Source: Octopus sinensis (lineage: Eukaryota). From it: 64,000 bases of DNA. The notes below the pieces were generated by a model. It worked only from the letters and a program-made list of their open reading frames with translations. It had not been told where the DNA came from and ran no database searches. The stretch is taken from assembly GCF_006345805.1 (NCBI RefSeq), contig NC_042997.1:49910001-49974000 (forward strand). The letters are read 5' to 3'. How positions within the stretch are numbered: the first letter of the stretch is position 1; each line of letters opens with the position of its first letter. Below, one piece after another: positions 63,393-64,000 of this stretch. Both the position numbers and the translations under genes were made by a program.

Positions 63393-64000
63393 TAAACAAT
63401 GACCACTGACACGCCAACAAATCCTCCCAGTAACAGTCGGAAACAACGATTTGAGAAGCGAAGCGGATTTCAGATATCTAGGAAGCACTATCCACAATGA
63501 TGGTGGAACGAAAGTTGACATACAAGTCCGTATTGGAGAAACTTCGGACGACTTCGCCCAGTGTGGTCCAATAATTCCATCATCAAAGATGTGAAAATCC
63601 GTCTCTGCGTGTCAATTGTGGTACCTACTGCTACCTATGCATGGGAGACGTGGAAAAGAACAGTTAACATCAACAAATCGGACGTCTTTCATAGGCGATG
63701 CATTCTTGTTATACTTAGAATATAGTGGAGGGACTACATCACAAATGAGGAGGATACTGCGGTGATCAGGGCTAGACACCCTATCAGGCATTGTCAAGAA
63801 GCGAATATTGCGATTCATCGGACATATAATACGGCTAGCGGAACACAGGCTGCCACATACTGCATTGACATGGACACTAGCTGGGAACAAGCGAGGGAGA
63901 GGAAGACCGCACCAAAACTGGCACAGTACTTTCCGCGAGGAATTACGGGAGCTGCAATTGATCTGAACTGATGCAAAAACGACTGCAGATCGCAAGCAGA
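63393..64000 (+). mobile_element. frameshifted RTE-like LINE RT fragment (runs off the window)
   Basis: Translations DFRYLGSTIHNDGGTKVDIQVRIG, YAWETW and WRDYITNEE, broken by frameshifts and stops. Confidence 0.85.

Overview
AT-rich, repeat-dense eukaryotic genomic DNA; the SINE types suggest an octopus or other cephalopod (inference). One protein-coding gene is well supported on the + strand: WDR45B (WIPI3, PROPPIN/Atg18-family autophagy beta-propeller). Nine coding exons (20575-54589, all GT-AG, LRRG lipid-binding motif) give about 323 aa. The first coding exon was not found and probably lies upstream of the window. The rest is mobile DNA: three or more tRNA-headed SINE families, a (GAT)n-tailed retroelement with an internal variable tandem repeat, three Tc1/mariner relics, piggyBac-like and hAT-like MITEs, Helitron-like elements, decayed RTE and CR1/L2-type LINEs, and short Penelope-like terminal repeats. 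The standout observations are a near-complete 5.8S rRNA copy fused to the head of a SINE in intron 3 (about 25896-26461) and a minimal type-I hammerhead-ribozyme-like fold with a compensatory base-pair change in four Penelope-like repeats. There is one 100-N assembly gap (62877-62976). Almost all ORFs in the supplied track are spurious translations of repeats. Exon and intron numbers assume one missing first exon.
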